From the NCBI GenBank assembly GCA_016906335.1, contig JADEYG010000003.1:1116001-1180000 (forward strand): a DNA stretch of 64,000 nucleotides. Direction: 5' to 3'. Below, piece by piece: positions 11,101-27,157 of this stretch (its first letter is position 1; every line of letters starts with the position of its first letter). The notes below the pieces were generated by a model. It made no database searches. It saw nothing but the letters and a program-made list of their open reading frames with translations, and had not been told where the DNA came from. This DNA comes from Novakomyces olei. Taxonomy: Eukaryota. The position numbers and the translations under genes are program-made.

Positions 11101-13326
11101 TCTCGTTTCAACAATTAAATGGTTTATCTATAAAATAGTGTGGAAAAGCAGGTCTCGTACATGTGCTAAAGGCCGTGGTGGTCCATCGCTCTCGTTTTCG
11201 TTTTCGTCCCCTGCCTGAGCCTTTACAGGGCTGTCTGTTGCAGGGCCGTCTGTTGATCGCGTCTGGCCAGAAGGCCGGGCTCTTAAAAGGGATTCAAGCA
11301 TAGGGTTTCTGCTAGCGATTCCTTTTGGCTTTAGGTCGCTCGCAACAGGCAGAATCGAATACGATTTTGATGCCAACTTTCCTGGTTTGGGAGCTGCACG
11401 GGGAGGACCATTAGCTCCAGCAGGAGACGACTGTGCCGCCTTGGACTCTACGCTTGTCAGCCGGTTCAATAACGTAAGAATTGATAATTATCTAAATAAA
11501 TAATTAAATGATTAAATCGAGCAGCTAAAGGCTCCCCTCACATACCATCAAAAGCCTTACCTGAATGACGCGACTGAACAGCCCTGCCTGGACTCGGAGA
11601 CCTCAGCCTTTCACGTGTACCCAAAATCCCCTCCTTAAAAGGATCCGGAGCAGAATACTTTTCAGGAGTCGAACGCCGCAAAGATCCCTTAACTTCTAAA
11701 ATCCCACTCTTAAATTTATCTTCAGGAACGTATCTCTCCGGACTCGACGGTCTCAAATCGCCCTTTAATTCTGACAAGACCCGGTGAGCATCAAACGGGG
11801 AGTCAGAGTTGCCAGTACGACCAAGTACAGGAGTCCCAAACTTTGGCGGAGGCACTTTTGTCTCCTCAGGCGAGAGCAAATGCTTGGGCGTTTGATGCTT
11901 AACTGCATCGTTTTTAGCACCATCTTTGTGATCCTCGTCCCATCTTTCCTTGCCCGGGGTATCTGGTATTTGGGGCGTGATAGGTGCAGGCGTTTCCAAA
12001 GGCCGATCCACTCCGGCTTGAGCAGGACTTGAACGTGTATCCTGTAGCGTAAGAGAGCTCTTGGGGCCCCGAAAGGCAGAGTCCTTTCCCGGATCAATTC
12101 GTGGTGAGGCTTGGGCATAAGTTGAAGGCGAAAAATACCCGCTTGATCTTTTAATCAGGTCCGCAGGATCATTCCCACTTTTCTTATTGTCCTTAAGCGT
12201 CGGACTGCGCATTAAAGCACTGGCTACAAAATTGCCTCGGCCCCGAGAAGGCGACCCGGATCTCAATGGCGACGGATCGCGTGGTGTTGCTTGCGGAGTC
12301 GTACTGCCTTTATCATGCTCAAGCTTTGGAGAGCGGCTGATATCAAATATATTGCTTTTCGCTGGTAATGCAGTCTGAACTGAGGGTTGAATGGGCGACG
12401 AAGACCGAAGAGAAGCACGTAAATCTGCCCGAGAGATCTCACGTGATAATCTGTTTGGTGAGTCTAATCTGGGAGACTTTCCGCCTGGGCTAGAAGCGTC
12501 CTTGGCAGCGTCCGTAGTCTTTGGCTTGGCCGAAAGCCGATATAACCCATTAGTGCTGTCATTCAGTTCCTGCCGCAGCTCATTGTATCGATCTTGTTCA
12601 CTTGACGACGCGGGCTCTTGCGCTTTCTTTTCCCTTTGGCTTGAGTATGCGCTTTCCGCGGGTATATTCCGTATTCCCAGACCCGTCCCGGAGTCGTTCA
12701 GCCTTGTCGTTGATTCAGGCAAATGTGATTGGCCGCTCACACCCTTAGAATCTCCAAGTGTAGCCGCCTGCCTTGTAAACTGTCCCGCCTGTCTAAAAGT
12801 GGCCGGCTTTTGCTGACTAGGAGTTTTATCTGCACTATTTAAAGCCTTTTGGCTGGCAACGTTTCCCGGTTCCGATTTAGTCTGCTCATTGTTTTCTTCG
12901 ACTTTTTGGCCTATAGCCCGTCCCGCCTCTACATGGCCAGGCTTGGTTGGGCTCCGTGACCTTGCTCGCTCTTTTGTATTAGACAATCGAGAACCAAGAA
13001 GCCAAAAATAAATAAATGAATAAAAATTTAAAAATTCAAAATAAAAAGAAAAATAGCCAAAAAAAAAAAAGGAGATTGTATTCAGTGCAGATTAACAAAT
13101 GTAAATTAACAAGACTTGAACAATTAAAACGAATGCAGAAGCTTACCTCGACGCTCATGCCTTGCTTGTCTTTCTGCCAAAAGCCGCTGCAGTTTCTTTA
13201 GTATAATTATCAACAAGCACTCATGCATACCTGTTCTAACTGGTCAGAATCGCCTTCGTCGGCGGCGATAGAGCTTTGAAGCCGCTGAACTTTACTCAAC
13301 CATTCCTCTGCACTAGCAGAGCTCAT
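8137..13326 (-). CDS. DUF4045-type gelsolin/villin-like protein with a C-terminal villin-headpiece-like segment
   Basis: N-terminus ...LLAERQARHERRERARSRSPTK, motif LAHLTKGRARRP and a long Ser/Pro-rich middle. Gelsolin-like repeats (FVWTG, EVEEGEEPAVFW, QSDLTADGVYVVDAYFEIY) and headpiece-like LADQDFESIFGMTRRQF. Introns at 13196-13230, 12971-13146, 11448-11560, 11082-11160 and 9199-9542. Confidence 0.8.
9211..9380. repeat. AT-rich 11-mer minisatellite (AATAATATTAA-like) in an intron
   Basis: Visible degenerate tandem array within intron 9199-9542. Confidence 0.85.
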
Positions 13327-13638
13327 TGCCGACGGATTTACAGCGCCGTAAGATCGTATGAGCGGCAGTCTCTAGAAGGTAGGATGAATGGTACGCGGAA
13401 CGCGTCAATATTTACATACAAATATACGCATAATTATAATTTTTCTGGTTTATTTTATATTTTCACATTGGTGATGATTACATTTATTACGAGAATTACA
13501 TCTGCCGAACAAGTGACAGCAAGAGCGGAATTAGTGCAATTCGTTTCCTTTGGTACTCGATGGATTCTATAGCATCGGCACTAGCTCGATGCTCTGATTG
13601 CGTATAATAACATTGTTATCAACAACAACAACATCCAC

Positions 13639-13974
<336 letters not shown>

Positions 13975-14039
13975 TTTTGTTTTATTGAGGCGCGTAAATT
14001 AACATAAACACCAGTTCAAACAACCGTGTCAATCTCACA

Positions 14040-14577
14040 ATGGACCAGGCGGAAACCGAAGCAAAAGAACTTTCGCCTCGAGGATTGCTTGAAGAGGTAT
14101 ACTGACTCGCTGAATCTGCTTCTAATTTACAGCGATTAAAAGCGGCTGTTTGGTACACGACAGGAAACCTCGTGGACGAAATATCCGCGTCAGGACAGCT
14201 TCAGATCGACAATGCGCCAATGAATGCTACTCCCGCCTTTGTCGCTGGACTGGCCAATTTAGTATGGCAGCAAGCTGAAGTTTTAGCGAATGATATTGAA
14301 AGCTTTGCACAGTAAGACTAATATGAATTTATGCACTATATGCTCCTATTCTAATACAATATTAAGCCACGCCGGACGTAAACATGTGACGATTGACGAT
14401 GTCAAGCTTTGCTCTCGACGCAATGAGGGACTGGTATATTCATACACATTGCCATTATGCTGACGGTAGGAAAATATGGTCAACGAGTTGGCACAAGAGA
14501 TACTTGAGCGGCACAACAAGTCCAGCGCAAGCAAGAATGATCAGCAATCTAAAAAGCGGCATAAGCCGTCTGCCTGA
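14040..14577 (+). CDS. MHF1: CENP-S/Mhf1 histone-fold protein
   Basis: RLKAAVWYTTG...ATPAFVAGLANLVWQQAEVLANDIESFAHHAGRKHVTIDDVKLCSRRNEGL after splicing introns 14097-14132, 14312-14366 and 14434-14469. Missed by the ORF track. Confidence 0.92.
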
Positions 14578-14726
14578 CATTGAAAATACAACGAATGGTG
14601 GATGAAACGATAAAGTTTAATAAAAAATCTTGCAAGAGACGATAAAGAAACAATGCAAAATGCAAAAGCCCATTAGGCGGTATTAAAATGAGGCGATTGA
14701 TCCGACTCGCTGGGTACAATCCGCTC

Positions 14727-16796
14727 TCAAGTCCGGTCAGATTTCACGACATTATCAATCAAATCATTGGCTACCTTGCTAGCATCTGCTCCGGTGGAAA
14801 AAACGCATAGCCGCACGCCATTGGGAATGGAGCTTCTAGCTTTAGCGAGTCGCAGCCTCCAAGACAGTACGCGTTTGTGTATTGCAGAATTAGTGTCTGA
14901 ATCACTAGTCATGCTGAAACTTGACCCCCCGGAAGATTCAATTTCCGGGCCGGATTGAGATCTTTTGGATAGCAAAGGCCGCCCAGACTGCCGGCTGCTA
15001 ATATTTGATGAAGAAGTATTGAACCGGCTAAACTGAGGTGAGCGAGGCGGCAATTCTGGCGGAATAGGATCACTGCCCTTTTGCTGACAGTCCTGCTGAC
15101 TGTGGAAGCTTTCAGCGGCACTGGGCGCCTCTGTTGTCCTTGCCACTCCAGCGCCAATATCCCTTATGGCTCTGTCATACTTTGGTGTTGTTACATCACG
15201 AATAAAAATACCAGCAATTCTATCGCCATACACCCGTGCCAGCTCTGTATACAATTCTAAATCTTGCTCTGCCGAATCGCCGACTAGTATAAACTTGCGG
15301 AGAGGAAAGTCTGTAATTATCGCCTCCACATTGGCCCTCTTACGCTCTGCTGCAGGCTCAATAATGCCTTGCAGTAGTCCAGAGTACAACTTTAGATGAA
15401 CACTGCCAAAGGGCATGTTTTGCAGCTTGAAAAACTGACGCATAGTCGGCCAGATTTGCCAAGGCGAATTACTGACATAGTGAATAGCGACTCCTCTAGA
15501 CTCCATGCCGCGGTACCAATCGCTCATTCCCTCTACTCCAAGGCCCTGCAAATCCCGTACAAACGTATTACGAAAAAGCTCGCGTGCTCCATGAGCAACT
15601 GCAGTATGCTTTATAGTATCATCCACGTCAGAAATCAAGGAGACTCCGTGCTGCTCAACGAGCATGACAGAAACCTCCTCCGCCTTGTACCGTGGAGGCC
15701 TTTTTGTGTCCTGTGCGCGGAGGACGATGTCTTGTTTGCCTTGCAATAACGGAATCCTGGTCCGAGTAAAAGCATGGCCTGATTCGTCGGGACGTAGAGT
15801 GACCGTTTTGACCACTTGTTCGCTTTTACTCTGCTCATCTACCTTTGCTGGCCCTCTTTCCCTAACACAAACCTCCACAGTCACCGACTGCAAGGGCACT
15901 GGCTTGGCCATGAAGGGCAGAAGCCGGGAGACGAGGTTTTCGTGGCAGGCCTGCAGGTCCAAGTGTGGGAAATGCTTGAGCAGGGATTTATCGCTCTCGC
16001 TGCTCGCTTGGCGCGGACTGAAAAACCTCGATTTGGCAAACGTGCTGCGACTGCTGCTCGTGCCGCTGCTCGATCGTCGTCGGGGTGATCCGATATTACG
16101 TAGAAAGACGGAAGACAAAGGCGATTTCTTTACAGACCCGTCTCCACTCTCCCCCACCGGCTCTCGTTCTCGTTCTCGCTCTCGATCTCGATCTCGATCT
16201 CCTCCGACTCTGGCAGACCGCTCTTCTGACGTCATTTCGCCTGGTTCTGCCACGTACTCTGTCTCTGAGGGACCGAGAGCAAAAGCCGGATCCTCCTCCG
16301 ACTCGTCTTCGTCGCAGGACGAAGGCGGTTGGGACGAGGCCGTCGACTTTGGCGACGCTGGAGCTGAGCCGGTGGCCTGTGCAGTGCCCTGTGCAGTGCT
16401 CTGGGCGGCTGACGAGTTGGCAGCAGACGCTGGCGGCAGAGAAGGAAGCCCTGCAATCTGCCGGGCGGCCACCATCATGAGCCTGTTTCTGCGGTTAAAC
16501 TGTGTGGCCGCGACTGGCTCAGTGAGCCAAGCGTGTATGCAGACTTCAGTCGTTGTCTGACCCACACGAGCGTAGCAGGGAAACAGGTAGAGCTGCTGGC
16601 TAAAAGTATGGGCAATGGCTCTGCTTGCCAGCTCCAAGTCCCGATCACGAGCGGCCTCTGTGTCATAGGCTTCCAGCTCGGAAGCCTGTGCAGAATACGA
16701 GGTGGTTAGGTAGTTTAGTACTCGCCGAGCGTAGCCGCGAGCAGAGCCAGCGGCTTTGCCGGGCGTCGAAGCGGACGGGTCGGTAGAGGGATCCAT
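14727..16796 (-). CDS. APP1: App1-family phosphatidate phosphatase (DUF2183); start codon uncertain
   Basis: Motifs GVSLISDVDDTIK, HYVSNSPWQ, FILVGDSAEQDLELY and GIFIRDVT. Confidence 0.88.
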   Translation of the reverse strand: MDPSTDPSASTPGKAAGSARGYARRVLNYLTTSYSAQASELEAYDTEAARDRDLELASRAIAHTFSQQLYLFPCYARVGQTTTEVCIHAWLTEPVAATQFNRRNRLMMVAARQIAGLPSLPPASAANSSAAQSTAQGTAQATGSAPASPKSTASSQPPSSCDEDESEEDPAFALGPSETEYVAEPGEMTSEERSARVGGDRDRDREREREREPVGESGDGSVKKSPLSSVFLRNIGSPRRRSSSGTSSSRSTFAKSRFFSPRQASSESDKSLLKHFPHLDLQACHENLVSRLLPFMAKPVPLQSVTVEVCVRERGPAKVDEQSKSEQVVKTVTLRPDESGHAFTRTRIPLLQGKQDIVLRAQDTKRPPRYKAEEVSVMLVEQHGVSLISDVDDTIKHTAVAHGARELFRNTFVRDLQGLGVEGMSDWYRGMESRGVAIHYVSNSPWQIWPTMRQFFKLQNMPFGSVHLKLYSGLLQGIIEPAAERKRANVEAIITDFPLRKFILVGDSAEQDLELYTELARVYGDRIAGIFIRDVTTPKYDRAIRDIGAGVARTTEAPSAAESFHSQQDCQQKGSDPIPPELPPRSPQFSRFNTSSSNISSRQSGRPLLSKRSQSGPEIESSGGSSFSMTSDSDTNSAIHKRVLSWRLRLAKARSSIPNGVRLCVFSTGADASKVANDLIDNVVKSDRT

Positions 16797-17089
16797 TGGC
16801 GGATCTCTGTCCGTACGGCTCTCCCCACGATGATCAGAGAACCTGGAATAATTGCACCGTCTAATTTGAAACAGTGCTGCTCTGCTTAAGCGCCAAGGAT
16901 TCGCTGCTGCGTGTTCGGCAGCCAAAGATACTCTGAGCGGCTTTGGCCGTCGCATGTCCAATGCGTCATCGCTCGAAGGGCTCACAATTCACTAATCGAT
17001 CTGCTCGAGTGATTGCTACTGTTACATATTCGTATATAATGTAATTATACAATTATACAATATTAGAGAAGCAATAGAAGAGTAAATAA

Positions 17090-17240
17090 TCTTATCTTAT
17101 CTGATCTGATCTTATCTGATCCAGTCTAGTCTGTCTAGTCTGTCTATCAAGTCTGTCTGTCTAGTCTATCTGATCCATCTGGTCTATCTGACCTATCTGA
17201 CCTATCTGTCTAGTCTATCTAGTCAATCTAGTCTATCTAC
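17090..17240. repeat. Degenerate 4-5-nt repeat array (TCTTA/TCTGA/TCTAG/TCTA)
   Basis: Visible low-complexity array between APP1 and the TMA46 3' end. Confidence 0.8.
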
Positions 17241-17371
17241 TTTTAAAGCAGAATAAAATATAAAACAAATTGCTATTCTACAGATGAATTTAGCTACAAC
17301 TTGCAAGTATGAGAAAAAGGATATCGCTAATATACATTCGTACGCGTCCATTATTAAACATCATGAAGCAA

Positions 17372-18611
17372 TTAATCCTCATCGAGCTCGTCTGTGCGTT
17401 TTCGGAATTCGGACAGATCCCATACCTCGTCCTTGTCAGCCTCATCATCAATTTGCTCATATAATCTGTTGTCCAGCTCAAACATTTGCCGGCCAGAAAG
17501 GCCGACAGTTCGTCCAGCTTTAATGTTTGTCTCTGCCTTCTTCCGCGCCTCTTGCTCGTCTTTCTCCTTACGCGTTACACGGTCGCGTTTCCACTGCTCA
17601 AAGGTTTCCTTTGTGATTGGCGTAAGATTCTTGCCAAGCTTGTGCCGCTCAGTCTCCAAGAACTCCTCCAAAGATATTTCGTTCTTTGATTCTAATTCGC
17701 GTTGCTTTTTACGGTCCTTGTTCAAGACAAAGCCTTTGGGGAGAGCATGTTTGTAATGACAATTTTCGCCATCTGCCAAGAGTTAGCTGGAATTAAAGTC
17801 AGGAAAGAATCTTACTCGGACACGTCCAAAGCCAGCCGTATTTCTCCGTTTCTATGGCCTCTAGGAAGAATTTGCACACAATGTCCGTCTCTGCGGGGCC
17901 CTTCTTATATTTTTCTCCCACCACCTGGCGAAGCTTGTCCTCATCCCACTCTGACATGGCATCGTTTCGTTTTTCGTCTCGGTCGTCCGTGTAAATATCC
18001 TTCTTTTGTGTCTTGCGTTCCACCTGTGGATCGTGGCTGAATCTGCACTTGCTTCCTATGTACGAGTTAGAAGTTTAGTCATTGGTCAAGTTTGGTCATT
18101 GGTCAAGTTTGGTCATTGGCCGTGTTGTTGTCAAATGATACATATAATCGAATCAACTTACCCTTCTCACAGTACCCGTTTTTGAAGTTGATACATAGTA
18201 CAGTTTTAGGATCAACGCCAAACGCTACTTTTTGTACAACTTGTACCGGCTTTAAAAGATCATCAAGATCAGACTTTCCACCTCCCGGTCCTTTCTTCGC
18301 GTCCTTCATAGCTTTCCGCCGTGCTTCTTCTTCTCTACGCTTCTTTGGGTCATTCTGTGCCTGCTGCTTCTGAATCTCTGCAATCCTTTCCTGATTTTTG
18401 GCTCCTTTTTTCTTGATTCAGTTAGTTGTGGGGAACACGCGACAAATCTATCGTACAAGTGAACGAAAAATTAGGAGAAAAAGGACAATGTGTCACAAGA
18501 AGAAAAAAATACAAACGCTCTGTCTAAAGCACTCACGTTTTTCATGCCAAAAGTCTTGTCTACTGAGACTTTGGTCTTTTTCTGCTCAGGCTGCTTCTTT
18601 TTCGGAGGCAT
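17372..18611 (-). CDS. TMA46: Translation machinery-associated CCCH zinc-finger protein Tma46
   Basis: MPPKKK...DKTFGMKNKKG, GVDPKTVLC...CEKGSKCRFSHD, TDIVCKFFLEAIE...YGWLWTCPNGENCHYKHALP. Introns at 18412-18536, 18056-18161 and 17773-17815. Confidence 0.93.
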
Positions 18612-19214
18612 CTTGCACAACGCTTTAGCTTTTAAATAAAATTGCAAAGCTTATCGTTGACCAATTCGCGAGCCAAAAATCAATAAAACAAAACAAAAAA
18701 TAGTTTAGCGGACTGAGCTACAGCCGCTTTTTGAATATACGCTGACCGTCAGCTAAATGCCCGCTGCTTTTCGCAACTGAGCCGCCGCAAAATTTTTCGA
18801 GAGAGCAATGCTCGTGAATGGGCCTTGAATTATTATGTCAACGTTGAAATAGCTGTAATCCAAAAGGGTGTGTGGGCAGAATAGTATGTAAAATCAGTAG
18901 TATAAATTATTATCTTAACAGTTACACTACATTAGTTTTATTTAAACCACATAATACAAGTCGCAAGTAACGTTAGGAGCAGTCTGGTTTATGGTCCAGA
19001 GTCGCGCGTATAAACGCGTCGGGTCTAATCGAGTCTGCGAATTTCTGTCAAATGTTTACAGAATATAAATCATTTACGTGTTTATACAGTGCCAATTCTG
19101 TTTGAACAAACTGAAAACCTTCCATACTTTGATAAAGAAAGCAAGCTCTAAACTAGCTAATCGATAACGATAATGATACTGGTATTTGGGGAAATATACA
19201 TGTAAAAACCGAAA

Positions 19215-23669
<4,455 letters not shown>

Positions 23670-24161
23670 CGTGCACGTACGCACCTGCGCACAGCACTGT
23701 GCTGCGCGTTTACACGCGCGTTATTCGCCCTCTTCAATTTTCAAAAAGAAAAGGCGCCAACTTTCACAGCGTGACTATTTCATTAGTGAACTCGATACAT
23801 TTATGCTTGTGTATGATATTACCCATACACTTCATTATTGACCGTGCCACATTAGCGGCCGAGCGTGCTAGATAGTCAAAAAATCCTCAAGGCAAGCCGT
23901 CTGATCCCTTAAAGACTTTATCTGCTACGGCAAATAGGATCAGTGAATAATTGGCGTCTGTTTATAATCAATCATTCGTGCGCCGTGCACGCACATAATT
24001 CTCGACTCGAAATGGGTACAAAGTTGTCCACAGATCTAATCCAGAGATAAGCTTAATCGTATATCAGTATAACGCTCGACATTACTTTAATATTGAAATA
24101 TAATAAATATAATTTTATTACATAAAATAATGAATTTAATTAATCTTCAGCTAGCAAAAAT

Positions 24162-24188
24162 AGGGTAGGGTTAGTGCCGCAAGTCACG
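24162..24188 (+). promoter_or_regulatory. Homol E box AGGGTAGGGT plus Homol D-like AAGTCACG upstream of RPL26
   Basis: Exact match to the S. pombe ribosomal-protein Homol E element at 24162-24171. CAGTCACA-like motif at 24181-24188, about 70 nt before the ATG. Confidence 0.65.
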
Positions 24189-24258
24189 AATGTAGCTAAG
24201 TACAACAATACCACAACAAAGCATCCACACACATCGTCGTCAACTACAATACAACAAA

Positions 24259-24686
24259 ATGAAGTTCTCCCGCGACGTCTCGTCTTCGCGCCGCAAGCAG
24301 CGCAAGGCGCACTTCTCCGCACCGTCTTCGGTACGCCGTCAATTGATGTCGTCTGGTCTGTCGAAGGAATTGCGCGAGAAGCACGGCGTATGTGGTGCCA
24401 TATGGACTGAACGAAATACTAACTAGCGCAACAGGTACGGTCACTCCCCGTGCGTCAAAATGACGAAGTAGTTGTCGTGCGCGGTTCACACAAAGGTCGC
24501 GAGGGCAAAATCACAGCCGTCTACCGCAAGAAATTTGTTATTCACATTGAACGTCTTACACGGGAAAAGGTTAATGGCGCCTCTGTGCCCATCCCTATCG
24601 ATGCGTCAAAGGTTAAAATCATCTCGCTTAAGCTCGACAAAGATCGCAAGGATCTCATCAGCCGCAAGGGTGGCAAGGCTGAATAA
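24259..24686 (+). CDS. RPL26: 60S ribosomal protein L26 (uL24)
   Basis: [27 protein letters not shown]...[17 protein letters not shown]. 47-nt intron at 24388-24434. Confidence 0.97.
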
Positions 24687-25127
24687 ATATTTTGCACAGC
24701 CTTTTGCATTCACCTATACACAATCAATTGTGCCATATTAATACCTTTTTACGACCGTATACACATCAGATCCAGCCCATAATGCTTTAGTAAATGCCCA
24801 TAGTTTCGTGGCGGTTACACCATTAAGTGTACATAAATTGCTACACTTATTTCTGGGTCCATGCGGCTTAAATTTCCAAGGGCACTTGAATATAAAGATT
24901 AAATCAAATTACGTTTGACATTTTGTAAAAGAATTAAATATAATACGGTGGCCACTACGAATAGAGTTTATGTTGCAACATGCGCCTCAATACTACGATA
25001 CTACTATACAATACTCCACTAGAAAAACCATAATTGTGTAAATATTATATTAGAAACATACTGTGTGTACCGTGCGCTTATACCATCGAATAAATCAATA
25101 CATCTGCCCCTGTTCGAGACGATCTGC

Positions 25128-26627
25128 TCAAGACATTACCGTGCCGATATTGATAACGACAGATTTGATCTCTGTGTATGCCTCGAGAGCGTAGCTGCCG
25201 AGCTCACGGCCGATACCACTTTGCTTGTATCCACCAAATGGAATACCCCAGTGCAGTTGGTTGTAGCAGTTGACCCATACGGTACCAGCCTGCAGAGCAT
25301 TGCTGACACGAATAGCAGTGCCAATGTTTGCAGTATGCACAGCCGAAGCCAGACCGTAGATGGTGTCGTGCGCCTTTTGGATAACGTCTGCTTCGTCCTT
25401 GAATTTAGAGATGGCCACAACTGGACCAAAGATCTCCTCACGCATAATCTTCATGTCCGATCGAACATTTGAAATTACAGTGGGCTGGATAAAGTAGCCT
25501 TGCTGGCCATGGCGGTTTCCACCAGTATCGATCTGAGCACCTTCTTCCCGAGCAGAATCAACAAAGGCCATGATACGGTCGTACTGCAGTTTCGATACTT
25601 GTGGGCCCTGGAAGGTGCTCTCATCGAATGGATCGCCAACTTTGTTCTTTTCAGCACGAGCAATAAACTTTTTGACAAAATCGTCATAAATGGACTCTTG
25701 CACATAAATTCGGCTACCAGCACAGCAGCACTGGCCGTGGTTGTAGTAGATACCAAAATTGCACCAGTTTACCGCTTGATCAATGTCTGCATCGGCGAAA
25801 ACAATGTTGGGAGACTTGCCTCCCAATTCAAGTGTGGTCTTTTTCAAATTGCTATTAGCAGAGGCCTTCATGATGTTGCGTCCAACTGCGGTAGATCCGG
25901 TAAATGCAATCTTGTCAACGTTCATGTGAGATGCCAGAGCCTGGCCAGCAGTCTTGCCGTAGCCACAGACAACATTGACGACACCAGGAGGAATTCCAGC
26001 CTCCTTGATCAGCTTGCAGGTGTAGTAAGCACTCAACGGAGTCTGCTCTGCCGTCTTCATGACCAAAGTGTTACCGGTCGCAAGAGCCGGGCCAATCTTC
26101 CAGCAAAACATGAGCAACGGGAAGTTCCATGGGATGATTTGGCCGCAAACTCCGACAGGCTCATGGCGAGTATAAACCAGTTTGCTTGGATCAGTTTCAA
26201 TGGTCTGACCAAATTCCTTATCGGCGAAGCCACCGTAGTAGCGAATGCAGCCAATACACGCAGCCAAATCACCTCGAGCCATTGTGATTGACTTTCCGTT
26301 GTCCAGCGATTCGATTGAAGCAAGTATTTCGAGATTCTTCTCCATCAAATCAGCCAAACGGTAGAGGTAAAGCCCGCGCTCGTTGGAGGGCAGCTGACGC
26401 CACTTGGAGTCGGGATTGAAAGCAGCACGTGCTGCTTCCACGGCAATGTCGATATCATCCTCAGTTCCTTCCTCAATCTCGCAAATATTTTTTTCTGTGG
26501 ACGGGTTTACCACGGGGATCTTGCCTCCGTTCTTTGCAGCCACCCACTCGTTGTTGATGAATAGGCCAGTCGGCTGTGAGAGTTTAATGCCGTTTGGCAA
26601 AGTCAGATCAACTGATAGGGAAGACAT
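25128..26627 (-). CDS. NAD(P)-dependent aldehyde dehydrogenase (ALDH1/2 type)
   Basis: Motifs IIPWNFP, AFTGSTAVG, LELGGKSP, GQCCCAGSR, EEIFGPV and PFGGYKQSGIGRE. Intronless. Confidence 0.96.
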   Translation of the reverse strand: MSSLSVDLTLPNGIKLSQPTGLFINNEWVAAKNGGKIPVVNPSTEKNICEIEEGTEDDIDIAVEAARAAFNPDSKWRQLPSNERGLYLYRLADLMEKNLEILASIESLDNGKSITMARGDLAACIGCIRYYGGFADKEFGQTIETDPSKLVYTRHEPVGVCGQIIPWNFPLLMFCWKIGPALATGNTLVMKTAEQTPLSAYYTCKLIKEAGIPPGVVNVVCGYGKTAGQALASHMNVDKIAFTGSTAVGRNIMKASANSNLKKTTLELGGKSPNIVFADADIDQAVNWCNFGIYYNHGQCCCAGSRIYVQESIYDDFVKKFIARAEKNKVGDPFDESTFQGPQVSKLQYDRIMAFVDSAREEGAQIDTGGNRHGQQGYFIQPTVISNVRSDMKIMREEIFGPVVAISKFKDEADVIQKAHDTIYGLASAVHTANIGTAIRVSNALQAGTVWVNCYNQLHWGIPFGGYKQSGIGRELGSYALEAYTEIKSVVINIGTVMS

Positions 26628-27127
26628 TTTCTGCGGCAATGTTAGAGCTGTTTTAATTTAAAGCTGTTTTGATTTAGAGCTGTTTTGATCTTTCGGTAGT
26701 ATATATGATTGATTGTTCCACTTCTTTTGTATCCCTGATTTTTATTCTTCCCTGTTCCGTTGTAATGTGGGATGAATTATTTCTGGATAAATTATTCTGT
26801 ACGTACGAGATATACCTTTCGATGTAGTGTATGTATAAGGTTGTCGTTGTTTTAAAATTAGGGTTGAATGCGATTTTAGGTTAAATAGTGAAGAGTGGCA
26901 CAGGCACAAATATCTCGGAACCCGTTCGACGGAATGGTAACGGGCAAGTCGGATGGCAGCAGTACTCTACACGGCTTGGTGTACAGGCACGCACGGTATT
27001 TATACTCTTGCCGAGCACCCAGTAAGGAAAACAGTCACAGAAATTAGGTGTTAAAAGTAAGGAAAAAGTGAAAAAGGACCGATGGAAAGGTACTTGTGTC
27101 AAAGGGCGTGCGATTATTTTTTGGGAT

Positions 27128-27157
27128 GCGGGGGGCCATATAGAAAGCGGAGGCGGG
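27128..27157. promoter_or_regulatory. Cluster of three SYGGRG (CreA/Mig1/Scr1-type) sites upstream of ALDH
   Basis: GCGGGG at 27128, GCGGAG at 27146 and GCGGGG at 27152, about 500 nt upstream of the ALDH ATG. Confidence 0.4.

Noticed and set aside
25065-26291. Antisense ORFs over the aldehyde dehydrogenase
   Set aside because: Typical antisense shadows of a codon-biased, highly conserved gene.
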